In this document: one piece after another, positions 1 through 10,658 of the stretch | Layout: every line of letters begins with the position of its first letter | Numbering within the stretch: position 1 is the first letter of the stretch | DNA from: Perkinsus olseni | Taxonomy: Eukaryota | Length of the DNA: 20,000 nucleotides | Reading direction: 5' to 3' | NCBI GenBank assembly: GCA_013115125.1 | Contig: JABANN010000116.1 | Coordinates: forward strand, 49,744 to 69,743 | Program-made: the position numbers and the translations under genes | Notes under the pieces: model-generated | Seen by the model: the letters and a program-made list of their open reading frames with translations, nothing else | What the model was told of the DNA's origin: nothing | The model's database searches: none

Positions 1-3000
1 GGTCATCCTATGCAGCCTAGAAGAAGGAGTACCACCGTGCGGGCTTATGATGGGCCGATGCAGCAACTTACTTAGCAAAGCTAGTTGCCGCCGTGTCCGG
101 GTTAGGATCCGTTATCCGGCAGGAGTAGTCAGCAGACCTGCGGAGGCTACTTGACGGTGCTGGAGATGGGGACAAGAGTGACTACCGGAACACTGAGGCC
201 GGTTGGGACTCCTCATCATCTCCTGCAAGCTCTTCCAGTTCCACTCCTTCACACTCGTCACTGCGCGGTATATCAGTGCGTGTAACGAAGGTGAAGTCCG
301 AGGGAGCTGTGAGCATGAGGACAGCCCCGCCGCCCAGGTCCGGACTGTCTCGATCGACTCTGCTGTGGGTCGTGAAGGAGATCGTCACAGGATTTCTGAC
401 CAGCTCGAAGGGAATACCGAGCTGTGTGGCTTGTTCTTTCAGCCTGTTCTTGGCAACACTCACTGGCAAGACCTCTGCTGGGTGGAAGGACCAGAGCTCG
501 AAACCAGGGAAGGGTTCGCTGCTCTCTCCACCGAGCTCAATCGTCCACATGTTATCCACAGGGTTAGTCAGGGGATTGCTGTGGATGCGCAGCCGGAAGA
601 CATAAAGATTCTCCTTTTCAAGGCCTGGCCCCACAATCATTCGAGCGACGTTTTGGCCTCCAGTGCAGGATAGCATCTCGGCCGAGTCCGGCCATTCTGT
701 ATACTGTCGAGGCAGGGACTGACCATCACCGAAGACCTTGTCCGGCCTGGTCTCCAAACCCACGAGGCAGTCCTCAGCGAAAACCAAAGAGAGAGGGCCG
801 GTCACAGTGAGGATCGAATCAGCCGACGTTTTGTCGGTTGGCAGTCTGAACTGTAGAATGACATTATTTTCCTTTCCCGGCCGATCGTTCCTTCCACTGG
901 CGGCCCTTTGCTCATCCGTAATAGGGGCTAGGCTAGCCGCATCCATCTTCACGCTCAGTGTATGCCCGGGGTAGTAGGTGGCCAAGTCCAGCGTTTGAGG
1001 TCCGACCGAGGAATTGAATAGCCCACGGAAGCTCTCCAGTTTGAAGCAAGAAGACATACCGCAGTCCGAATCATCTTCGGGCACCACGTCCCGGACCTCG
1101 CTGGGGTTGGTGACTCTGAGTAGCTTGAAATGGTAAAGGCCGGGCTCGATAGGGAAAATTGTTGGCTGCAGCGTGACCGTCCTAGCAGTGGTGTTCCACA
1201 CACACTCGACCCCAGGAGGCAGCTCGGACCCTGGCTCCGCTGCCTCGGTGCTCGGCTCGGCCCCGCCAGAATCGTCATCTGCGACCACTGACAAGTGCGG
1301 TAGAGTCCATTCATTCATACCACTGGGGATCGTCCCCTCGGCCACCAAACGCCTAGACTGGCTCGAGGTGGGCTCGAGTACGCAGGAAGAAGGCATTTCA
1401 TAGCCCTCGGGAAAAGTGATAACGAGGGCGTCCGAAAGGGGATGGATGCTGCTGGCGGTGCGTGCCGTGAAGGTGACCTCAACCCGCTTACCCACGACAA
1501 TGCTGCTGGGGGATACCTGAACCACACCAGGCAAATACAAGAGGAGCTACGCTCGACGATTCATTCTGTGGCTCAACATTCGCAACGCTGGTGAGGGATG
1601 CACTTTCAGATTTCACATCGCGAAATGAAGAGTGAGTGATGGTGACACGCGATTAGCACTCCCAGCTTTCCTCGAAGCCTCTCTAACGAGTTTCGCGGTA
1701 TGACTGCGCGTGGATCAGTCATCTTACAGTGAAGGCTCCAAGGGAGGTTATCGTTCCAAGTTCCAGCATGGCCGCGTATGGCCGGTCGGCCGCCTCCACC
1801 TGAGGAGGAAGCGTCATCGAGACCGAACGGCACCCCAGAGCCCCGACCCACCTCGTCGAAGCCGAACTCGATGAGAAGCTTCCTTGTTGAGCCCGACGGG
1901 GGGAAGGATGGCACCATAACGGGAGCTCGGAAGCCGTAGATATGGGAGGAGTTGAAGAACAGACGCTGACTGCCCCAGGAGAGGACCTGAGGAAGACCGT
2001 CACCGTCAAACTGCAGCCTTCCTATGCTCACTGATGACTGATTCGTTGGCAACGTCTGTGTGGGCCACTCGGCGGTGATGTTATTCAACTGGTGGTAGAC
2101 AGATGGGTCGCCTCTGGTGCAGTTCCGGCAGGCAACGAAGTCTTCGTCGGATCGAATGACCCACTGCCAGCCAGCAGGTAGCGAGGCTCGAAATGTACCT
2201 CAGGAAGGAGGGCGATCGGTACCACAGGGATGAGTCTGTCGAGTACTGGTAGTCGACCATGGCAATTGCCATAAGCGAATTTGAAGCATTGAGAGTTCCC
2301 TCCTCTGCCGATAAGGCACGGCCGAGCTGAGGCGAGCAGAGACGTGGAAGGTACCTAAAAGATCATCGAAATTGAGTTTCCCTGATGACAGCGGCAGCAG
2401 CCCCTACCATCCCTCAGTGGTTGGTCCGGCGTTGTGAGCATATACTGGTACAGCCGCCACGACCTCGCCACTGACTGTGGCATCAACGACACAGTACCTG
2501 GGGTGCCGTCGATGTATCTGAAGGGCAACAACAGGCCATCATCCCCAACAACACGTCGGCGGCCCTACTGCCGCTTGTCATTGAGAGTCCATATCCGCCA
2601 TGCGTCGTCATCGCCAGAAACGATACTGTCAATAATAGGATTCACAATCCTCAAGCGGAAGCCGTATAGGGTGTCCTCCTTGAGCAGACGGTGAGTGTTT
2701 ATGAGGGCTTGGTGGTACCTGCATGGGCAGCGGTGCAGCCGATCCGAAGAAGCCAAGTCGCACCGTATGGCAGTTCCCGTAGCTCCACTGTCTCCCTGCA
2801 GGTTCGGCCGGTCCTTAGCTTCGGCGAGGCCCTCACAGTTGAGTACGGTAGGAAGTGGGAAGGCGGTGACATCACCGCCGCTGACGTAGAAGTCCTCCCC
2901 CAGATCCTGCACCAGGCATGCCTTGCCGAAATCGAAGTGTCTAGGGGCATTGACCAGTATATACCCATCCTGGCCAGCCGACTGCTCAGTGTGGAACCAT

Positions 3001-6000
3001 ACGCTTATCCAGTGTCGACGAACGGTGGTAGCGGTCGAGACCGAGAAGTCGTCAGGAACGATGATGGGCGTGCTGAGCTTGCCTAGCACTGGCCGGCTGC
3101 CATAGAACAGCTCCGGCTCGGAAGACATAAAGACGCTGCCCTCGACTTCGTACATGTTGCTGGCTTGAGAGTAATACCCACGAGAGGCGATTCTGACCCG
3201 CCATCTGTTGGAGCTGCTGGCTTGCCCAAGGGGGACGGATGGGTTGTCTACTATGATCTTGGCCATGACACTGCTGCCACTATAAATGACGTCATAGCCC
3301 GACAGACCGAAGCTACACTCGTTAGTCGAGTCGAAGGACCACATCTCGGGCTTCTCTACCGTGCCCCTGCCTTGGGGTACTCTCTGCTCGAACAGCAACA
3401 GATCATCCTCGACAGCGGCAGCCCCTCGACAGATATACCCCTCTGGCAAGCTTAGAGTGAATTGTGCGCTGGTTGCAGCGCCGCCACCAGCGAAGAGTGT
3501 CGCGCCAAGATTGAGCTTGACGTAAATGCTGTTGCCGGTGTCCGATCGGAAGGGCTCCGTGTCACCATCAGTGGCGAGGACCTGAGTGTACGACCTAAAG
3601 CGAACTGAGTGAAATCGGAGGCTTGCGGCCCACCTTTCCGACGGTGTATCCTGCATCAGGCTTCTTCCAGATGTAGTCCCCACTGGACATGATATAGGAG
3701 GGGCTTTGGTCTGTAGCCGTGGTGATCTGTGCTGCCAGTCTATCCGGGAAGAAGCCACCCGTTGGCAACTGCAGATTGTAGAGCTCTATCTTATGCGCTC
3801 TTCCGCCATGCAGTGGAGTCATCCCACTAGGGAAGCTGAGTCTTAGGACGCTCTTATGACCATTGGGCACGATCGTCTCGGTCTTGACTTCGGTGATATC
3901 ACCACACACGTGCTCGGAGTCCACGGGCGTGCACACTGCTGTTGGCTCCCTTTCCATGTCCCACTGCAGCAAGGGCCACAAGAATATCCGCAAGATGCTG
4001 CCACCAACAATGGCCGACAGTTCGTTCGCTGAGCCCTTCACAACCAGTGTTAGCTGAGCATCGCTGCCGCTGAGGGCGGAGCCGGTGGTCAACTCCCTCA
4101 CTTGGTTGTTGCCTCCAGTAACTGCTAAGCCACCAGGTATCAGGAAGTGAGGATCAGTGACACCTCCCTCCGGCACGGCCAAGCGAGTGAGCAGTGGTCG
4201 GCCCATCTCCAAGGCGGTGTAGGGAGCGCTCTCTAGTGCAACCATCGAGATGATGCGGACATACTCTTGGTCGCTTGACTGCCCCGCGAAGCCTGCCATG
4301 TTCATAACGATCTTATAGCTGGTGTCCGGCCGCAGTCCACTACGACGATCGAAAACGATGAAGAACTCTCTGTAGGAGTCGTAGGAGCGGTAGTAGCAGC
4401 CCTTGGGCATCGGAAAGCCGTTCTCAGTGTCGTCACTCCACAGCTCTTTAAAAAGCTTCCCGCAGACGTATTGCCGGGCCTCCTCGAGCTCATCTTCACT
4501 CGCGTTGTTGTCATCGATTTCCGGGCTCTCGGTGCCTGAGTAATAGGCCTCAAGAAAACCCGTGTCCAGGAAGATTATCTTCAACTGCGTCAGCTCCGTC
4601 GACTGAGTGTAGTGCTTTCCGATAGCCCCGCTTGCCGTCTTGAACGAGATGACCCCAGGAGCCCGCACCCCTAGAGCCGTAGTTGAGAGGGACACGGAAG
4701 TTGCTGCCATCGGGAAGGGGTCCACAAATGATATGTGCCCTGCCTCAGCGACGTAGTTGCCGTTGCCGCCATACGACCAGCAGACTTTCAAGTCATGCTT
4801 CTCTGCAGTAGCTTTGATCTCCTCTTTCGTTATGACGCGGTTCAGGACAGTCCACGCACCGAACGAAGAGCCTGTTGCGAAGACAGGCCGCCTGCTCTCC
4901 GGCCAGCCAATGTTCACTGCGAATTTCGTCAAAGTGCCATCCAAGGCTGTGACTGTATGCCCCACGAAGTAGGTATCAGCCAGTGAGGCATTGTTAGTGT
5001 TGTAGTCCGCGAACTCATAGACGCCTTGCATCGCCGCGACCATGTCGTCATTGCAGGGGTTATCGGTGACGGTAGAATCACACTCAATACCGGAGGTGAT
5101 GATGAGAACGTCCCCTGTTCTGAGGTAAGGTGCTCCAGAGAAGTAGAGGTAGGTCATGGTGTCGCTGCTGACTTCAAGTCGAGTGATGAAGGCTCTATCG
5201 CAGTTGTTGTTTTGAACGTCACAGTTGATCTGGTCGAACCTTGGTGTAATACCAGCTATGTTCGTTTCTGACCCTGCCACACTTGATGCTGTGGCACATC
5301 TTGTCGGGCACCCGACCTGAACACTCGGTTCCACATCGAGCGGGTTGCCACCGTTGTCCAGGCAGCTGGCTTCCGCGCGTATGATTCTGACAGTGTCCTC
5401 GCTACTTAGACCCCACCCTGTGTACTCGAACCGTACGCCAATGTTAGTTGCAAACGACCATCGCTGGCCGGCCGTCGGCCCTCTGATAGTCAAGCGTAGA
5501 ATGAGGCTCCAAGCGGCACTGTCGAGGCACTGGTATGTGGTGGGGTCCGTCAAGGCACAGTAGCAGACGGCCATGATGCCGGCCTTAGTGGCCAGAAGAG
5601 TATCCGATAGGTCGCTGTGGTTGGTTTTGTTGGTGAAACCCATTTGGTACGGGAAACTGCTGTGCTGAAGGCCTCTGTATCTCCCAGCCGTTGATTCGTA
5701 GAGAGCAGGCACATAGTCGGTATCCCACGGACGGGATTGGCACTCGGTATCGGTCATTGATCCATCATCATCACTGAGCAGCTTCACGATACCGTTATCC
5801 TGCAGGCCAAGGGTCATCTGGTCGGAGGTGTGGTTGAGCCAACGGTTGAAGGTCAAAGTGCCGTTACGATTCACATACCGTAAAAAGGCGTACTCCTCCA
5901 CCGTATCGCCCTGGAAGGCATAGCCGCTCGAAGGCCGGAAGGGGTGCAGTGAAAACTGGCCGACTTTGAACCAGCTTGTGGAAGTCTCACAAGATCCGTG

Positions 6001-7911
6001 GCAAAAACACACATCGAACTCCTTAGCCGAGTTGAAGTTCAACTTCTCGTGATCAGTCCAGCCCGCGTCGAATACGTAAGCTGGTGTGCCGTTGGCTGGC
6101 AGGCCGAATTCCTTCCAGTCCTGCCGGTAGCCGCCGTGAAGGGTGCAGTTGGTCGGACTATAGCAAGTGGCTGGAGTAGGGAGCATTTCCGTGTGGCTGG
6201 CCCCATGGCAGCCATGGGCGATGGGAGTCGTGGTCCAGCTAGGAAGGTTAAACGCCGATCCATGGCGAGAGGCGTCCGCGATGGCAACCACCTTTAGGCG
6301 ACTGTCTAGATTGAACTCGCAGGCCCCTGGTGGACAATCGACTCTGACGCTGAACTTCTGGCCCGGGGTGACCGCTGTGAAGTAGTTGTCAGCGCAAGGC
6401 TGCAGGAAGGGACTGCACAGCCTCACTGTGTATATCTGAATGACTCCGATCTGTTGCACGTACCTGATGGAAAGCAGCAGTACTGGCGATGGCAGTAGCC
6501 GAACGGAGTAGCTTACTCATCGAAGGCATCACATTTTCCGCCCACTGTAGCGTCGTAGTCTGGACAGTAGCAGGCCGCCACGGACGTCGCTGCGAATGTC
6601 GTTCCATTGAGCCACCCTACTGTTTGCGGAATCTTCACTTCCAAGTCGCTCTTCAGGCCATCGGTGCTCAGCATATACCCGCCGGTCATGTTGCAGCTGC
6701 CACCAGCATCACAGATGACCCCTGAGGGGTAGGTCGATCCGCAGGTCTGTACAGTATATGACGCCTGTGACCCCGTAGTAGAATCGTAGGTGGCGGCAAA
6801 GCTAGCTGACCAGGTGAGCTTGCCGGGAGCGTCCGAAGGCGTGAAGGCATCGTAGTTGACAATGCAGCTGTCTGCGGCACTACGGGCATTCCACAACGCC
6901 CAACACCGGAAGGGCCTTGAAGCCAGGCAGTCTCGGTCCTCACAGTTGACGCTGACGCCACTAACGTGTATTGATATGTCTGGTGTGTCTGTCTTCCCGC
7001 TGGCGAAGGAACCTGACAGGAAGCGCAGTTGAGGGAGGGCCTTCCTTGAAGGGCTCACCGTCTGAGGAGTAACACAGACGATAGATACCGCCCATCTTGA
7101 AGGCCAATGGGGTAAGCGTGGTGACAGCCCCGCTAGTGGTCTGCCCATAGAGCAAAGCCGCTGGTGTAGTGACAGTGTCTGTTGTAGCCGCATGAGGTGT
7201 TTCAGCCCAGGGGTCGGACACTCTCGCTGGGCCTGCTAGCTGCGAGCTGGCATGCCCAGCCAAACAGTAGCCATTCTGCACCTGAAAGGAGCATCCTCGC
7301 CAGGGAGCCCAGGAACACTTGGGCTATGCTCGCTTCCTACCGTCGCGGTGTCCGGCTCTCCTATCACGAAAGTTATCCTGGCTTGATCGACACTGAACTG
7401 ATCGCCGTTGCGCAGACGTATAGCCAACCATTGGTATCTAACATAGGCGATACCACTCCATCCACGATTCAAGATACCGCAAGCCTCACTCGAGACCAGC
7501 ATAGAGTGCGTTGAGGTCCTTGAAGCTCTGCTGGTAACCACGATTGAGGGGAGTACTCTCGCTGGGCTCCAGCACCTCTACCTCGGTATTCGCTTGAACG
7601 AAGGCGTCTGTGATGGTAGCCTACATGACAAAGTTAACACGGCGGCTGCAGCGTTGTGCTATTTTCTGAAAGTCGGATAACCCGAAGGACGTCCTGCACC
7701 TCCTCAGAGGGAACATTGGCAAGCGGATAACACTCAATCCCCCAGGTGATCTTACCAAGTTTCTCTTGGTTTCCGAAGTGATGCGCTCCTTTCTAAGTGA
7801 TGAGGACTCGGTCGCAGTTGAACCGCCGTTGATACAGACGGCTGCCAGAAGTGTAGCCGACAATGGCGAAAGCCGGCGACGCCACATACGCCGTAGAGCA
7901 GCTGCTTTCAT
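1..7911 (-). CDS. Giant secreted/surface modular protein, multi-exon, 3' end outside the window (about 2,300 aa seen)
   Basis: ATG at 7911 gives MKAAALRRMWRRRLSPLSATLLAAVCING (basic stretch plus hydrophobic core, signal-peptide-like). Hand-spliced, phase-consistent exons with GT..AG introns: 7911-7756, (possible 7693-7682), 7620-7490, 7437-7341, 7281-7059, 7012-6517, 6463-3634, 3581-2764, 2718-2569, 2517-2408, 2354-2247, 2198-1852, 1799-1728, [1727-1517 unresolved], 1516-186, 137-72, 16-1. These join track ORFs 7236..7541, 6961..7281, 6513..7193, 3595..6459, 2565..3758, 1606..2088 and 182..1540. Recurrent motifs YRLCY/AACYC/DVCFC/AVCYC/KVCWS and [VI]xNP. Confidence 0.85.
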
Positions 7912-8119
7912 TATATCATACACAGGTCAACTTCGGCACCGAGTCCTTCTAATTCGAGCTCAAGATCACAGGAAGGCTCTCATGTACTGCCTGAGCCTAA
8001 TGTGATCGCCGCGACTTGTACAGTGTGCCAGTCCGCGCAATCTCCCCAACAAGATCGGAGAGAATCACACAGCCCCGCCGTTTCAGCATGAATTGACAAA
8101 TCCAATACGGACTTGATTT

Positions 8120-8165
8120 GATGATTGAGATGATACGATGATTGAGATGATTACGGATGATTGAG
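8120..8165. repeat. Short imperfect tandem repeat, GATGATTGAG(ATGATAC) x ~2.5
   Basis: GATGATTGAGATGATAC (8120-8136), GATGATTGAGATGATTACG (8137-8155) and GATGATTGAG (8156-8165), read directly. Confidence 0.75.
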
Positions 8166-8334
8166 TTAAAGGGCTATCGAAACAATCTAGCTGGCCTTTT
8201 GAGGAAGCACTACCCTCTGTCCGTTGCATCACCACAGCCGAGAAGGACAACGAGCGAGCAAGGAAGAAATGGTAGGGCAACCCCTCAAGCCTGGTACATA
8301 TAGTTGAATCAAATGTAATACAGCTCAAACTCCT

Positions 8335-8870
8335 TTGCTACTACTACTATTATCAATGATAATAATGATGATAATTTATCATCATAACATCTAGCAATTA
8401 AGGTTGGTACAACAATGGTGAAAACAACAACAACTACCCCAGCAAGCGCTCTCGCCACTGAGCGCATACCGAACGGACCCCGGGCTTTTTACTAGACACC
8501 CGATAGGAAATAGCAGACGATACAGCAGACCCCTCATGAGCAGATGTTGAGTTGCACGAGTTGGTAGTAATGGCGGTGTATGGTAGGGCAGCTGGTGTTG
8601 ACGCTGAAGCAGAGCTAGCAGCAGCACCGACAGCAGAGGCATCCGACAGCGAAGCAGCATAAAAACTCAGAACTAGAGAAGGATGGCGACTCAAGTTGTT
8701 GTCTATATGACGACAAGCAGTAGAGGGGTGCGCATCGGGGGCAATAGTGATGGTAGTAATAGTAGTTGAAGAAGGAATCGACCTAATGGCCAACATCATT
8801 AATGGCTTATTCCCAATAACCAACAGCAGCTACTGCTACAACGACGACGACAACAACAACGCTAATGGTG
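8335..8870. repeat. Low-complexity trinucleotide patches (CTA, TAA/TGA, CAA, GCA, CGA) in the non-coding trailer of the Mei2-like gene
   Basis: ctactactactattatcaatgataataatgatgataat at 8338-8375; aacaacaacaac at ~8423-8434; gtagtaatagtagtt at ~8753-8767; acaacgacgacgacaacaacaac at ~8838-8860. Confidence 0.6.
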
Positions 8871-9067
8871 ATTAAGATGATACCAGCCGCACTGGAGCTC
8901 CAAATGATATGGTACAAGATACTGACGGAGCTCCTTGTACGGAACAACGGGAGGGTATATAATGACGACCAGTAGCAGCGGCAAAATCTCACCGTTCATA
9001 TAATGACTGTCAGCGGAGGCTCTTCAAACCCCCGCCTTCACCGCTCGCACAACTCCCACCGCGGCTT

Positions 9068-10474
9068 CTAAGTTTCGATTCGCAAATTGGGTTTGCCATC
9101 GCCACGGCCACTGGCAGCGCTATGTGCGGAGCTCTTGGAAGCTCTTCTATGGTCTTCACCGCCGCCTCCACCGTTGGACATGCGATGGAAGGTCCTCTCC
9201 GGCGGAGGGAAGGGGACCATCAAACCGTTGCGGAAGCATACAGGCTTGTACTCGTCGGGGATGGTACCTCGGGCCGCAGACTTGCGGAAATGATCAACAT
9301 TGGCCTTCAACCCCTGCACTCGAGCTGGGCACACTTCGCAGACCTTATGTGACTTATACAAGGGCAGCTTCTGACCGTGGAATTCTTGCGTGAATCTTTC
9401 GACCTCATCCACATTAACAAAGTTGATGAAGGCGTACCCGAGGTTGCACTGATTCTGGAAGTCCATCGGCATATAGAAGAAGTCCATACTCATAGCAAAG
9501 CCCTTGTCTCGGATAACCTCACGGAGAGCCTCTGGAGAGAATCTATTGGGGATGTTGCGGAACATCACCGTTGTGTTGGGCCCGTCATGAGGAGGAGTCT
9601 CCCGATTGTATCTTATTGGTCCGCCTCCCTTCCTTACAGGTGCTCCTTGCTGTGGAGGGAATCTCGAACTCGTAGGGGCAGTAGTAGTAGAGGGACGGGT
9701 GCCTGCAGATTTCTGAGCTGCCTGGCCTTTCTTAGGAGGCGACATCGGCTGCTGCTGTGGTTGAGGCGATTTCTGCTCTTGTTGCTGTTGTTGGGTGTAT
9801 AAGGGGAAGGGCTGAGGCGACGGTGCCTGAGGCGACTGCGGCACGGAAGCCGGAGGAGTATCTTGAACTGGCATGAGAGGTGGGGTCGCCAGCAGGCCAT
9901 CCAAATGAGCGAGTACGCTGGCTGAAGCCGGATCTGGTGGGGGACATGAGCCCAGTAGGCCTTCTTCCTCATCGTCATTAACTTCTTCTATTCCCTCCAA
10001 CCCAGGCTGATGCTGCGGTTTACGCAGAGAAGTGGGAGGCATGTATGAAGGGAAGGGCCCCAGATTGAGTCCACCATCATCGTTGCCAAAGCTATCCTCA
10101 ATTCTATACGGATTGACATATTGCAGCTCCTGTGTAGCCGGATCATACTCTCCTATCAGCACCGAGGCATCCGTCTTATTAGCCGTCATATCACTCTGAC
10201 TTCGCTGTCTACACATCTCCTGCAGAGTTGGGGGCGCCCCCACAGTCTCCTCCTCGAAGTGCACCACTGAGTTCTTCAACAATAATTTCACCGTCGATGG
10301 CCGCCTGTTCGAGTCCGGCTCATCATCACCCTCCAGAACGCCCCTGCTTCCAACAGCAGGGTCGTTGTAGCTGCTGCCCCATGCTCCCTGCTCCTCTTGG
10401 TCGTTTTTATCGAGATCGGCGATGACCGGCGACGGCTTCGGCAGCGAAGGTGGCTCACCAAAATGGTCCATCAT
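9068..10474 (-). CDS. mei2-like: Mei2-like RNA-binding protein with a single C-terminal Mei2-type RRM (RRM_2/RRM3); intronless, 468 aa
   Basis: Mei2 RRM3 signature: TTVMFRNIPNRF...DFFYMPMDFQNQCNLGYAFINF...SHKVCEVCPARVQGLKANVDHFRKS. The N-terminal ~295 aa are acidic and P/Q-rich, low complexity. Uninterrupted ATG-to-TAG ORF. Confidence 0.93.
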   Translation of the reverse strand: MMDHFGEPPSLPKPSPVIADLDKNDQEEQGAWGSSYNDPAVGSRGVLEGDDEPDSNRRPSTVKLLLKNSVVHFEEETVGAPPTLQEMCRQRSQSDMTANKTDASVLIGEYDPATQELQYVNPYRIEDSFGNDDGGLNLGPFPSYMPPTSLRKPQHQPGLEGIEEVNDDEEEGLLGSCPPPDPASASVLAHLDGLLATPPLMPVQDTPPASVPQSPQAPSPQPFPLYTQQQQQEQKSPQPQQQPMSPPKKGQAAQKSAGTRPSTTTAPTSSRFPPQQGAPVRKGGGPIRYNRETPPHDGPNTTVMFRNIPNRFSPEALREVIRDKGFAMSMDFFYMPMDFQNQCNLGYAFINFVNVDEVERFTQEFHGQKLPLYKSHKVCEVCPARVQGLKANVDHFRKSAARGTIPDEYKPVCFRNGLMVPFPPPERTFHRMSNGGGGGEDHRRASKSSAHSAASGRGDGKPNLRIET

Positions 10475-10658
10475 TCACTGCTCTATCAATGAGGGGAAAT
10501 GGCTCAACAACTACCGATGCCTTTCACAAATTCACAAGTTCCACCAGCACCACACGACCCCTCCGCAACGCAGCCCACAACAGCTTCAGAAACATGCCCA
10601 CGGTTGTGGGGCAGACGGGAAACAAGCATGTCACCGCGGCAAACACGGACGATCATCG

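Noticed and set aside
182..7541. Treating the overlapping long ORFs as separate genes, programmed frameshifts or a pseudogene
   Set aside because: Nearly every frame change or in-frame stop is explained by a 45-60 nt GT..AG intron with consistent phase.
8391..8992. ORFs 8434..8823, 8391..8660 and 8807..8992 as genes or extra Mei2 exons
   Set aside because: Low-complexity translations of trinucleotide tracts with no motifs; the Mei2-like ORF already has its own stop.
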